Assembly: GCA_029981435.1 (NCBI GenBank)
Contig: JARRBB010000002.1
Span: 1,042 to 65,041 of the forward strand
DNA from: Thermotogaceae bacterium
GTDB lineage: Bacteria > Thermotogota > Thermotogae > B21-G9 > HyVt-16
Direction of reading: 5' to 3'
DNA: 64,000 nucleotides
In this document: positions 1 through 9,843 of the stretch, piece after piece
Numbering within the stretch: the stretch's first letter is position 1
How the letters are laid out: each line of letters opens with the position of its first letter
Notes under the pieces: model-generated
Seen by the model: the letters and a program-made list of their open reading frames with translations, nothing else
Database searches by the model: none
Told to the model about the DNA's origin: nothing
Translations under genes and position numbers: made by a program

Positions 1-872
1 GAAAGTTTCGTGGAATAGAAAATGTAGATCTATCTATTGAAGAAGGAGAAATCTTCGGATTCATAGGCCCTAACGGTGCTGGTAAATCTACTACTATAAG
101 GTTATTATTGAATTTTCTTTATCCTACTTCAGGGACAGCCCGGATATTTGGTAAGGACTGTTTCAAGGAATCACATGAAATTAAAAAATTAGTTGGATAT
201 ATCCCTGGCGAGGTTAATTATTATGAGGATGTTAAAGTGAAGGATCTTCTCGAATATTCAATCACTTTTTATCACGGTAACAAAAGCGAATATAGAAAAA
301 GAATGATAGATCTCTCTGAAAGATTTGATTTAAACCTTGATAGAAAAATAGGAGATCTTTCCTTAGGGAATAAAAAGAAAGTATCCGTTGTTCAATCTTT
401 AATCCATAATCCAAAACTTCTGATATACGATGAACCAACAAATGGACTTGATCCACTCATACAAAATGTCCTCTTCGATTTGATTCGAGAAGAAAACAAA
501 AGGGGAGTTACGGTCTTTTTCTCTTCACATATTCTATCAGAAGTGCAAAAGCTCTGCACAAAAGTTGCGATAATTCGAGATGGAAAAATTGCAACTATTG
601 AAGATATTGAAAGTCTCAGAAAAAAACATTATAAAGTTGTCAAAGTAGAAGGTAGAATTGATGAGATAAATCTACCGGGAATTAAAAATCTCAAGAACGA
701 AAATAACACATTATCTTTTATGTTCTCTGGTGATATTAACGAACTACTTTTATTTTTAAGCAGAAAAAAGATCACAGATATTACAATAGAAGATCCATCA
801 CTCGAGGAAATATTCATGGATTATTACTCAAAGGAGGATGAAAACAATGAACATATTCAGATGGGAATTTAA
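1..872 (+). CDS. ABC-2 type transporter ATP-binding protein (5'-truncated by the window edge)
   Basis: Frame is open from nt 3 (KFRGIENVDLSIEEGEIFGFIGPNGAGKSTT, Walker A); signature LSLGNKKK; Walker B LLIYDEPT; SSH switch. Confidence 0.92.
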   Translation, partial: KFRGIENVDLSIEEGEIFGFIGPNGAGKSTTIRLLLNFLYPTSGTARIFGKDCFKESHEIKKLVGYIPGEVNYYEDVKVKDLLEYSITFYHGNKSEYRKRMIDLSERFDLNLDRKIGDLSLGNKKKVSVVQSLIHNPKLLIYDEPTNGLDPLIQNVLFDLIREENKRGVTVFFSSHILSEVQKLCTKVAIIRDGKIATIEDIESLRKKHYKVVKVEGRIDEINLPGIKNLKNENNTLSFMFSGDINELLLFLSRKKITDITIEDPSLEEIFMDYYSKEDENNEHIQMGI

Positions 873-1653
873 GAGATTAAGGAAGTTATTATTAGCCTGG
901 ACACTTGCATTTGTACTGCTTCAATTTATGTATTCATCGTTTTTCCCATCCATGGCATCAGAAGAAGGTGGTTTACTTTTAGCAAAACTCAACATGCTTC
1001 CGAAAGTATTTCTGAAAATGTTTGGACTGGAAAATTTAGATTTGACAAATATCTTGCATTATTATGCCATGCAGGGACAATTTATAGTAATACTCATTGG
1101 AAGTGTTTTCGCAGCTAAGATAGGTTCTAATATAGTCGTAAAGGAAGAAAGTGATAAAACAGCAGAATTCTTGCTGGCTAAACCAGTTACAAGAAGTAGG
1201 ATACTAACAGGTAAATTACTTTCGACCATTGTATGCATAGCTGTATTTGACATCATTATAATGATTGCTAATCTTGCATTTTTCAATATCTACAACACTT
1301 CTGATACATTTGATTTCGAATTGTTCTGGCTGCTTTCCATCGCTCCTTTAATGATTCATATTGTCGTTGGACTTTTAAGCTTTATGATTTCCGTATTACA
1401 GCGCAAAACTGGAAGAGCTGACATATTCTCGCTTGGTGTTGTTTTTTCGCTCTACGCTGCATCTGTACTGGCAAAACTCACAGAGAAATTAGAACTCCTT
1501 AAATTCTTTACCCCTTATTCTTATTTTGATCCATCGAATATAGTTAAAACAAGAAGCTTTGAAGCAACATATATCACGTTATTTTTCATAGAAATACTGG
1601 GATTGATTATTGTATCCTATATACACTTTAGAAAGAAGGATGTTTACATTTAA
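847..1653 (+). CDS. ABC-2 type transporter permease
   Basis: About 6 hydrophobic segments, EESDKTAEFLLAKPVTR motif, C-terminal FRKKD; AAGGAGG upstream of ATG 847. Confidence 0.88.
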   Translation: MNIFRWEFKRLRKLLLAWTLAFVLLQFMYSSFFPSMASEEGGLLLAKLNMLPKVFLKMFGLENLDLTNILHYYAMQGQFIVILIGSVFAAKIGSNIVVKEESDKTAEFLLAKPVTRSRILTGKLLSTIVCIAVFDIIIMIANLAFFNIYNTSDTFDFELFWLLSIAPLMIHIVVGLLSFMISVLQRKTGRADIFSLGVVFSLYAASVLAKLTEKLELLKFFTPYSYFDPSNIVKTRSFEATYITLFFIEILGLIIVSYIHFRKKDVYI

Positions 1654-1672
1654 GACGATCCGAGGTGATCTT

Positions 1673-2305
1673 TTGAAAAAAAGAAGCGAAAAATATTTCA
1701 AAATAATAGATTCTGCAATAAGAGAATTTGCGGACAAGGGATATGAAGCAGCATCTACAAACAATATAGCGAAAATAGCGAACGTCTCTAAAGGTTTGAT
1801 ATTCAAATACTTTGGTAACAAAGAAAATTTGTATATAGAATCGCTAATCAGAGCAATTGAGATTGTAAAAGACGAGTTTGAAAATTTTCTGAGCAACTCA
1901 AATAAGGAAGATTTTTTCATCCTTTTGAAAGAATGGAGTTTAAGAAAAATTCAAATTTTTCATAAAAATCCTGTTCTTTCAAAATTTTTATTAACTATTC
2001 TTGATATACCTGAGGAACTTTTTAAAAAAATTCAATTCATTTATGAGGATTCACTGGAAATAAGCGCCTCTAAACTTTTTGATTCTTTCTTGAAATTGCC
2101 TATCAGAGATGACCTGCCGAAAGAAAAAGTTTTTGATTTTCTTATGATACTTTTTCAGTCTATTGGTAATAAATATATCAGAGAATTTTACAAACATTCT
2201 GATAGGTTTCTGGAAAAGAAGGAAGAACTTCTAAATGATTTCGATTTGTACCTTGAAATAATCAAAAATGGTATACTTTCAAAAACTAATTTTAAAAATT
2301 CTTAA
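1673..2305 (+). CDS. TetR/AcrR family transcriptional regulator
   Basis: N-terminal HTH (IIDSAIREFADKGYEAASTNNIAKIANVSKGLIFKYFGNKENL); TTG start after GAGGTG. Confidence 0.92.
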   Translation: MKKRSEKYFKIIDSAIREFADKGYEAASTNNIAKIANVSKGLIFKYFGNKENLYIESLIRAIEIVKDEFENFLSNSNKEDFFILLKEWSLRKIQIFHKNPVLSKFLLTILDIPEELFKKIQFIYEDSLEISASKLFDSFLKLPIRDDLPKEKVFDFLMILFQSIGNKYIREFYKHSDRFLEKKEELLNDFDLYLEIIKNGILSKTNFKNS

Positions 2306-2360
2306 ATTGTAATCCGTCTTTTTTCAATTATAATATAAACAAAAATGAAAGGACAGCATC

Positions 2361-3257
2361 ATGAATTTAAAAGGCCTTTTGAGTTTGTTTGTTGTGTATA
2401 TTGTTTGGGGGAGTACTTATCTTGCCATAAGAATTGGAGTCAAAGAAGGTTCAGGAGTCCCGCCGTTTACCTTTGCTATGATAAGGCTTTTAGTCGCTTC
2501 TGGAATATTATTTTTGATGGCTTTTCTTATGAAAAAGAGAATTAGACCTACTAAAAAAGAGTTGATAATCCTTCTGTTTTCTGGTGTTTTGTTATGGAAT
2601 GGTGGTAACGGTATTGTAATGTGGGCTGAGCAAAAGGTTGATTCTGGTTATGCTGCTTTAATGATGGGTACGATGACCATATGGGTATCTCTGATAGAAC
2701 GATTGCTCGACAGGAAGAGAATCACCTTAACGCTTGTGATGTCTCTGATTAGTGGGTTTATAGGTATCGCCCTTTTGAATCTCAAAGCTCTAATTAAATT
2801 GGATGTTGAGAGTATCGTTTATCTCATATTTCTTCTTCTGGCTGCCATATCCTGGGGAAGTGGAACTCTTATTCAGGGGAGAAAAAAATCGAATTTGAAT
2901 CCTCTGGTGAGTTCTGCTTATCAGCAGCTTGCAGGTGGAATAGGCTTCGTAGTTATGAAACTTATCTTTAACGAACCTACTCCATATTTTTCTTTTGAAA
3001 CAGCTCTTGCATTGATTTATCTGATAATTTTTGGTTCAGTAATTGCATTCACAGCTTTTGTGGTAGCCTTGAAAACACTCCCTTCAGGTATTGTTATGAC
3101 ATATGCGTACGTAAACCCAGTGATAGCACTTTTACTTGGCTGGATTGTTCTTGATGAAAAGATAACCTTCCTGACCATCTCGGGTACCATATTGATTCTT
3201 TTAGGGGTGACAGGAATTTTTAAGGAAAGATATGGAAAAAAGGCAGGAAATGTATAA
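2361..3257 (+). CDS. EamA/DMT family transporter (YedA-like)
   Basis: VYIVWGSTYLAIR and YAYVNPVIALLLGW motifs, about 10 TM helices. Confidence 0.92.
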   Translation: MNLKGLLSLFVVYIVWGSTYLAIRIGVKEGSGVPPFTFAMIRLLVASGILFLMAFLMKKRIRPTKKELIILLFSGVLLWNGGNGIVMWAEQKVDSGYAALMMGTMTIWVSLIERLLDRKRITLTLVMSLISGFIGIALLNLKALIKLDVESIVYLIFLLLAAISWGSGTLIQGRKKSNLNPLVSSAYQQLAGGIGFVVMKLIFNEPTPYFSFETALALIYLIIFGSVIAFTAFVVALKTLPSGIVMTYAYVNPVIALLLGWIVLDEKITFLTISGTILILLGVTGIFKERYGKKAGNV

Positions 3258-3290
3258 TATTGTAGAAAACTTTCAAAAGAGGTGAACAAC

Positions 3291-3968
3291 ATGAGTAAAT
3301 CTTTTGTTATGTTGATGATCTTAGTTTCCTTTATTGTAATAACTTTTTCCTTTTCAGCTGAAAGTCATACTATGAAAATGATACTGATTCCGACTGAAAC
3401 AAATATCGCAACTGAGACTTTTTCAATAAAGGATATCGGTTCAAAATCTTTTGAGGTGACTTCTCAAACTGTTATTGATATAAATTATCAGGGTACAGTC
3501 TATAAGGCAGAATATCTTACCGCAGGAAACTTTGATGATTTTAAAGTTGAGTCCTACAGTGCAACCATCACTGCAACTAATGGAAATTTCTATTATTTTC
3601 TAAATAAAGTCGAAAACGGTTTTGAAATTTATTATCAAACTCCAGTTGCTTCTAATAAAAAAGTATTCAATACTTCTGAAGATCTATACCTTCTCGACAA
3701 CAACATAATGTGGAACTGGTTTTTGATTATAAAAGTACTTGAAAAGAGCAAAGAAAACAATTTAAAAGTAGTTATACCCCAACTTTCAAGTCATCCGATG
3801 ATAGATATCCCAGTTTTCGATTTAAAAGTACTTGATGAGTATTCAGAGGATAATTATAAGTTTTATATACTCAGTCTTGTGAACTCGCAAATAATCGTTA
3901 AGATAGATGAAACTGGGAAAATAACAGAGATACTCCAAGGAGCCTTTAAAGTTACTCAGTCAAATTAA
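3291..3968 (+). CDS. Hypothetical exported protein
   Basis: Signal-peptide-like N-terminus, beta-rich body; GAGGTG SD before ATG 3291. Confidence 0.7.
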   Translation: MSKSFVMLMILVSFIVITFSFSAESHTMKMILIPTETNIATETFSIKDIGSKSFEVTSQTVIDINYQGTVYKAEYLTAGNFDDFKVESYSATITATNGNFYYFLNKVENGFEIYYQTPVASNKKVFNTSEDLYLLDNNIMWNWFLIIKVLEKSKENNLKVVIPQLSSHPMIDIPVFDLKVLDEYSEDNYKFYILSLVNSQIIVKIDETGKITEILQGAFKVTQSN

Positions 3969-3981
3969 AGAAGGTGAGACA

Positions 3982-4581
3982 ATGGAACACTACTTTATTG
4001 AAGAGCCAAAGTCACCTTTGAAAGTTGCAAATGTCGAATTAATTCTTAAAAACGGTCATAAATATGTCTTCAAGACCCCAAGCGGTGTGTTTTCCTTCAA
4101 ACGAATTGATAAGGCAACCAAAATACTGATAGAAAATTGCATAATTCATGGAAAAGATGTTCTTGATATTGGTTGTGGTTACGGTGTTATCGGAATAACG
4201 TTGAAACTTGAGAATCCAGACATAAACATCTATATGAGTGATATAAACAAAAGAGCTGTGGAATTTGCAAAAATAAATGCAAAAAACAATAACATAGTAG
4301 CTGAGATTCGACAGAGCGATCTATACAATTGCTGGAAAGAATACAAGTTTGATGTAATAATATCCAATCCACCAATAGTGGCAGGTAAAAGAATCTGGCA
4401 AAAACTGATAGAAGGAGCTTATGAACATTTAAAACCTGGAGGTTCATTACAGCTTGTAGCCTACCATAATAAAGGAGGAAAAAGCATATCAAAGTATATG
4501 GAAGATGTATTTGGCAACGTGGATTACCTTGCAAAAGAAGGAGGAATAAGAGTTTATATCTCTAAAAGGGAGTTAGATTGA
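3982..4581 (+). CDS. Class I SAM-dependent methyltransferase, RsmC/MTS small-domain family
   Basis: GVFS motif, VLDIGCGYG SAM motif, SNPP motif. Confidence 0.88.
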   Translation: MEHYFIEEPKSPLKVANVELILKNGHKYVFKTPSGVFSFKRIDKATKILIENCIIHGKDVLDIGCGYGVIGITLKLENPDINIYMSDINKRAVEFAKINAKNNNIVAEIRQSDLYNCWKEYKFDVIISNPPIVAGKRIWQKLIEGAYEHLKPGGSLQLVAYHNKGGKSISKYMEDVFGNVDYLAKEGGIRVYISKRELD

Positions 4582-5411
4582 TGATAGTATTGAAAGCTGT
4601 TAGCTTTTCATACGGAAAAGAAATGATTCTAAAAGATATAGATCTTAGAATAAATGAAGGCGAATTTGTTGGAATAATAGGACCGAATGGTTCAGGAAAA
4701 ACGACGCTTTTAAAATTGATGAATGGACTTTTAATCCCCAATGCTGGTGAGGTAGAAGTTGATGGAATGAAAACAAATATCCAGGAACAGAACTGGGAAA
4801 TAAAAAAAATAGCGGGTTATGTTTTTCAAAATCCAGAAAACCAGATCGTTGGTATCACCGTTGAAGAGGACTTAGTGTTTGGAATGGAAAATGTTGGCCT
4901 TCCTGTGGATGAAATGAAAAGAAGAATAAAAGAAGTTTTACAGTTTGTAGGACTGGAAGGTTTTGAAAAAAGGAGTGTCAATTCTTTATCGGGAGGACAG
5001 AAACAAAGGCTTGCTGTTGCATCGATACTTGCCATAGGTCCCAAGTATTTTTTGTTTGATGAGCCCACCTCAATGCTCGATCCCAATTCACGGAAAGATT
5101 TCCTGCAGGTTCTTAAAAAACTCAGAGAGTCGGGTAAAACAATTGTTATGATCTCACACGACCTTGAAGAACTAATAGAGTGCAACAGATTGTTGTTCAT
5201 CTATGATGGTAGGGTATTGTTAGATGATAAACCTGTGAAAGCTTTAAAAGACATTCTGGAAAATGGTGAGATGATTAAATATGTTGACATACCCGATTCC
5301 ATACGTTTCCAAATTCTTTTGGAAAAGTACGGACTTATAGATAAAAAGGACTACCTTTTGAAAAAAATTGAACTAATAAAGGTGGTTAAAGACCTTGTCA
5401 ATACTTTTTAA
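4578..5411 (+). CDS. ecfA1: Energy-coupling factor transporter ATPase A1
   Basis: GPNGSGKT, VFQNPENQ, LSGGQKQR, FDEPTSMLDP. Confidence 0.88.
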   Translation: MMIVLKAVSFSYGKEMILKDIDLRINEGEFVGIIGPNGSGKTTLLKLMNGLLIPNAGEVEVDGMKTNIQEQNWEIKKIAGYVFQNPENQIVGITVEEDLVFGMENVGLPVDEMKRRIKEVLQFVGLEGFEKRSVNSLSGGQKQRLAVASILAIGPKYFLFDEPTSMLDPNSRKDFLQVLKKLRESGKTIVMISHDLEELIECNRLLFIYDGRVLLDDKPVKALKDILENGEMIKYVDIPDSIRFQILLEKYGLIDKKDYLLKKIELIKVVKDLVNTF

Positions 5412-6237
5412 AAATGTATTTTTCAACTATAAATTTGCGAAACAGGACATAAAGGCTCTTGAAAATATAAATCTTGAATTTAAGAAAAGTACGATATCTG
5501 TGATACTTGGTGAAACAGGTTCTGGTAAATCAACCCTTCTTCAGCTTGCAAGTGCTCTCCTTTTACCTTCCAGTGGTTCGGTGATCGTTGAAGGAATAGA
5601 TTCCAGCCTGTCTGAAACCAGTAGATATGAGATAAGAAAAAAGGTGGGTATTGTCTTTCAATATCCAGAATCACAATTTTTTCTTGATACAGTATTTGAT
5701 GAGATAACTTTTGCACCTAAAAACTATGGAATCAAAGAGAATCTGAAAGATATAGTCCTCAAAATCATAAAAGAATTAGGCATAGATGAAAAATTGTTAA
5801 AAGAATCTCCTTTCAACCTTTCCGGGGGTGAAAAAAGAAAAGTTGCAATAGCGTCTGTTTTATCTTTTTCACCAGATTACATTGCGATGGATGAACCCTT
5901 TGTAGGACTGGATAAAACAGGTAAAAACAGATTGGTTGATTTGATTCTAAAACTCAAAGATCAGGGAAAAGGATGTATCATTGTCACTCATTACCTTGAA
6001 TTATTAAAAGATATCGCCGATGAAGTTTTTGTATTAAAAAATGGTAAACTCATATCAAAGTTCGAGGGTAAAATTTTCTTTGAACTGTTGATGAATTTGA
6101 AAAGACTCAAATTTGAGATGCCAACTTTCTGGGAAATTCTTGAAGTATTCATGAGTTCGGATAACAAACTTGAAAACTATATTCCACCAGAAGAGCTGGT
6201 GGAACTTTTGATAGATTTCAAAAAAAGGGGGGCTTGA
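5395..6237 (+). CDS. ecfA2: Energy-coupling factor transporter ATPase A2
   Basis: GETGSGKST, VFQYPESQFF, SPFNLSGGEKRKVA; tandem with ecfA1. Confidence 0.88.
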   Translation: MSILFKNVFFNYKFAKQDIKALENINLEFKKSTISVILGETGSGKSTLLQLASALLLPSSGSVIVEGIDSSLSETSRYEIRKKVGIVFQYPESQFFLDTVFDEITFAPKNYGIKENLKDIVLKIIKELGIDEKLLKESPFNLSGGEKRKVAIASVLSFSPDYIAMDEPFVGLDKTGKNRLVDLILKLKDQGKGCIIVTHYLELLKDIADEVFVLKNGKLISKFEGKIFFELLMNLKRLKFEMPTFWEILEVFMSSDNKLENYIPPEELVELLIDFKKRGA

Positions 6238-6238
6238 T

Positions 6239-7126
6239 ATGAAGACGAACAAAGACCGTCTTGTAATGATTTCGGTTCAAGGAACGATAGTTAAACCAGA
6301 ACACAGTGGTCGACATTCTGTGGATCATATGGGAAGACCTTTTATGTTGCCTGGCACTGGCGGAATAACTTACAATGTTAAAGTTGGAGATTCTGCTTTT
6401 GGTTGGGAAGCAGATCATGTCGAACCAGGGGTTTCGACGATATTAGATCAGGCGAAAAGATATGACGGTCCAAACAAAGGATACCATTTTTATGCATGTA
6501 TAGGAAACGAAGCAAAGGTGGTAACCGGTGACGCTAAAGGTGCAAAGGGTGTTGTTACAGGTCATCACGGTGGAGCAGAACATGTGCTCGTAGATTTTCC
6601 TGATGAAGTCCTTGAAAATTTGAATATGGATGACAAAATACTTATAAAAGCTTTTGGACAAGGATTTAAACTTTTAGATCACCCTGATATATATTTTTAC
6701 AACCTTGATCCCAATCTCTTTGAGAAAATGAATGTAAAGGAAGAAGGAGATTCAATAGTGGTTCCTGTTGTTGCCAAAATACCTGGGATGCTCATGGGTT
6801 CTGGTATCGGCTCAACAACAATGGGAACGGGTGATTATGATATTATGACGGCAGATGAAAAAACTCTGAAAAAATACGGTCTTCAAAATCTGAGACTCGG
6901 AGACATTGTGGCAATTATGGATCACGATAATGTTTTTGGAAGATGTTATAGAAAAGGTGCGGTAACCATTGGTATAGTGATACACAGTGATTGTAAGTAT
7001 GCAGGCCACGGCCCTGGAGTTACAACTATCATTTCCTGTCAAAAGCCAAAAATAAAACCTGTCATAGACGAGGACGCAAACATTGCAAAAATACTTGGAA
7101 TTGGGAGATTCAGAGAACAAAATTAA
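6239..7126 (+). CDS. DUF4438 family protein (TM1086-like)
   Basis: [35 protein letters not shown] and AGHGPGVT motifs recognised. Confidence 0.8.
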   Translation: MKTNKDRLVMISVQGTIVKPEHSGRHSVDHMGRPFMLPGTGGITYNVKVGDSAFGWEADHVEPGVSTILDQAKRYDGPNKGYHFYACIGNEAKVVTGDAKGAKGVVTGHHGGAEHVLVDFPDEVLENLNMDDKILIKAFGQGFKLLDHPDIYFYNLDPNLFEKMNVKEEGDSIVVPVVAKIPGMLMGSGIGSTTMGTGDYDIMTADEKTLKKYGLQNLRLGDIVAIMDHDNVFGRCYRKGAVTIGIVIHSDCKYAGHGPGVTTIISCQKPKIKPVIDEDANIAKILGIGRFREQN

Positions 7127-7145
7127 AAAGGTGGTGAGTTGGAAA

Positions 7146-7466
7146 ATGCTGGTTTTAACCACACCAAACATAGAAGGGAAAAAAGTCACTAAATATTTAG
7201 GTATAGTCAGTGGTGAAGCAATAATGGGTGCAAATATACTCAAAGATTTTTTTGCAGGGATAAGAGATATTGTAGGTGGAAGAGCGGGAGCATACGAACG
7301 AGAATTAAAAAGAGCCAAGGAGATTGCAATAAGCGAAATGATTGAAGAAGCTAGAAAGCTTGGTGCAAATGCCATACTCAGTGTTGATATTGATTACGAA
7401 ACGATAGGTCAAAGTATGTTGATGGTAAGCACAAGCGGAACGGCGGTTGTTGTAGAGGAAAATTAA
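7146..7466 (+). CDS. YbjQ/UPF0145 family protein
   Basis: TTPNIEG...[12 protein letters not shown]...GIRDIVGGR...GANA...DIDYE...SGTAV. Confidence 0.92.
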   Translation: MLVLTTPNIEGKKVTKYLGIVSGEAIMGANILKDFFAGIRDIVGGRAGAYERELKRAKEIAISEMIEEARKLGANAILSVDIDYETIGQSMLMVSTSGTAVVVEEN

Positions 7467-7467
7467 G

Positions 7468-7950
7468 ATGATCAGTAAAAAACATCTCGACGTCCTGAAA
7501 AAAATTTACAATCAGCTCAAAGATAAAAACATAAACTGGGTAGTAACAGGTAGCCTTGGTTTTGCACTTCAAGGTGTACCTGTTGAACCTAACGATATTG
7601 ATATTCAGACTGACAAAAAAGGTGCTTATGAGATTGAACACATTTTCTCAGAATTTACAACTAAAAGGGTTAGATTTTCTTCCACAGAGAAAATACGTTC
7701 ACATTTTGGTGAACTGGTCATTGATGGAATAAAAGTTGAAATTATGGGAGATATTCAAAAGCGATTGGAAGATGGAAATTGGGAAGACCCTGTGAATTTG
7801 GATTGTTACAAGCGATTTGTAGAAATAGAAAAAATGAAAATACCAGTGCTTTCTTTGGAATATGAATATCAAGCATATTTAAAATTAGGCAGAGTAGAAA
7901 AAGCAAAATTATTGAGAGATTGGCTAAATAAAAATCCGGAGGTGTCATGA
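7468..7950 (+). CDS. Nucleotidyltransferase-fold protein (TM1012-like)
   Basis: TGS...QG...PNDIDIQTD, the GS/DxD nucleotidyltransferase motif. Confidence 0.8.
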   Translation: MISKKHLDVLKKIYNQLKDKNINWVVTGSLGFALQGVPVEPNDIDIQTDKKGAYEIEHIFSEFTTKRVRFSSTEKIRSHFGELVIDGIKVEIMGDIQKRLEDGNWEDPVNLDCYKRFVEIEKMKIPVLSLEYEYQAYLKLGRVEKAKLLRDWLNKNPEVS

Positions 7951-8688
7951 TTGTTAATCTATATTTTAGTCCTTTTAACAGGTGTAGCTGCTGGATTTTT
8001 AAATACAGTTGCTGGAGGCGGTTCTCTCTTGAGTCTTCCTATTTTGACATTTCTTGGACTTGGCATTGATGTTGCAAACGGTACTAACAGAATAGCAATA
8101 TTGATGCAAAATATAGCAGCAACATACAGATTCAGAAAAAGTGGTATCAACGTTTCAAAAGAAATCTTTCAACTTGGAATTCCTACTCTTTTCGGTGCTG
8201 CTCTCGGTGCTACAATTGCAATAAATTTGAATAAAGAGCTACTTGAAAAAGTTATTGCGGTAATATTGATAGTCCTTGCGATACTTCTGGTGTTCAGACC
8301 AAAAATGTGGTCTGGTAAAGAACCTAAAAAGGAAATACCTAAAATAGCTCAGTACCTTGTATTCTTTGGTCTTGGAGTATACGGCGGCTTTATACAGGCC
8401 GGAATAGGATTCTTTCTGATAACCGCAATAGTACTGGTAAAAGGATTTGATCTGGTGAGAACCAATGCAGTGAAGGTTGGAGTGATAGCACTGTATACCG
8501 TCTTATCACTGATAATTTTCTTTATCGGTGGAAAGGTAGATTTGCTTTTAGGGCTGGTTCTGGGCGTGGGAAATTCCTTAGGTGGCATTCTTGGCGCTCA
8601 ATTCAGTGTTAAAAAAGGCTCCAAATGGATAAGGATCATACTTTTTGCTACCGTGACTTTCAGTGCATTGAAAATGCTCTTATCCTGA
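7951..8688 (+). CDS. TauE/SafE family sulfite exporter-type membrane protein
   Basis: AGFLNTVAGGGSLL, ANGTNR, GVYGGFIQAGIG motifs. Confidence 0.9.
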   Translation: MLIYILVLLTGVAAGFLNTVAGGGSLLSLPILTFLGLGIDVANGTNRIAILMQNIAATYRFRKSGINVSKEIFQLGIPTLFGAALGATIAINLNKELLEKVIAVILIVLAILLVFRPKMWSGKEPKKEIPKIAQYLVFFGLGVYGGFIQAGIGFFLITAIVLVKGFDLVRTNAVKVGVIALYTVLSLIIFFIGGKVDLLLGLVLGVGNSLGGILGAQFSVKKGSKWIRIILFATVTFSALKMLLS

Positions 8689-8704
8689 AACGAGGTGAAA
8701 GGAT

Positions 8705-9835
8705 TTGAAAAGAAAAATTGCAGTTGTCTTTGGTACACGTCCTGAAGCAATTAAACTTGCTCCTGTTATCAAAAAAATTTTTGAATCAGATATTCTGGAA
8801 CCTGTTGTTATTTCAACAGGTCAGCACAGGGAAATGTTAAAGCAAGTACTTAAAACATTCGAAATAAAGGTGGATCATGATTTAGATGTAATGGTTGAAA
8901 AACAAACTCTACCTTTTCTTACCGCGAGATTACTTGAAAAGTTGGACAAGATATTTCAAGAAGTATCCATCGATTTTACACTTGTACAGGGTGACACAAC
9001 AACCACTTTTGCCGCAGCTCTGATATCCTTTTACCATAAAATTCCAATTGGTCACGTTGAAGCAGGTCTGAGAACTTTAGATATTTACAACCCTTTTCCG
9101 GAAGAAGCAAATAGAAGATTAACATCCGTTATCAGCACACTTCAATTTGCACCAACAGAAATCGCAAAACAGAATTTAATCGAAGAAGGATTCGATGTTT
9201 CAAGAATATTCGTTACCGGTAATACCGTTGTTGATTCACTGAAGTGGGTTATAAACAACAAATCTGATCTACTTGAAAAAAAGTTCCACGAACTTCTAAA
9301 TGGAAGGGAAATACAGGGTAAAAAGCTGATCCTTTTGACGATGCACAGAAGAGAAAATTGGGGAACTAATATGAAAAATGCACTTTTGGGAGTCAAAGAT
9401 GTTTTGGGAGAAAAAGACGATGTATTCGTTGTTTTTCCAGTACATTTGAATCCAATCGTTAGGGAAACGGTTTTCTCTGTTTTTGATAATTTCGAAAATA
9501 TAATGCTTACTGATCCAGTAGATTACATAACCATGATTTCATTAATGAAAAATTCTTATGCCATTCTCACCGATTCTGGTGGAATACAGGAAGAAGCTCC
9601 AACTTTTAGAAAGCCAGTATTAATACTTAGAACCACCACAGAAAGACCCGAAATAATAAAAGCAGGCTGCGGAAAATTAATAGGAACAGATAGAAAAGAA
9701 GTTTATGAGAATCTAAAAAGAATCCTTGAAGATCAGAACATGCATTCGAAAATGTCCAAATCCAAAAACCCTTTCGGTGATGGTAGAGCTTCTGAGAGGA
9801 TTATCAATCTGATTGAGGCTTTTTTCAAGAGGTGA
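8705..9835 (+). CDS. wecB: UDP-N-acetylglucosamine 2-epimerase (non-hydrolysing)
   Basis: GTRPEAIK, TGQHREM, QGDT, HVEAGLR, TDSGGIQEEAP, NPFGDG. Confidence 0.96.
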   Translation: MKRKIAVVFGTRPEAIKLAPVIKKIFESDILEPVVISTGQHREMLKQVLKTFEIKVDHDLDVMVEKQTLPFLTARLLEKLDKIFQEVSIDFTLVQGDTTTTFAAALISFYHKIPIGHVEAGLRTLDIYNPFPEEANRRLTSVISTLQFAPTEIAKQNLIEEGFDVSRIFVTGNTVVDSLKWVINNKSDLLEKKFHELLNGREIQGKKLILLTMHRRENWGTNMKNALLGVKDVLGEKDDVFVVFPVHLNPIVRETVFSVFDNFENIMLTDPVDYITMISLMKNSYAILTDSGGIQEEAPTFRKPVLILRTTTERPEIIKAGCGKLIGTDRKEVYENLKRILEDQNMHSKMSKSKNPFGDGRASERIINLIEAFFKR

Positions 9836-9843
9836 ATAGTTAA

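Noticed and set aside
4578-6237. ecfA1A2 without ecfT as a broken system
   Set aside because: Both ATPases are intact, and ECF components can be encoded at separate loci.
6812-7375. Long antisense ORFs (this one, also 60558-61124, 10440-10895, 31266-31709)
   Set aside because: They are shadows of well-supported genes on the opposite strand, with no recognisable motifs.
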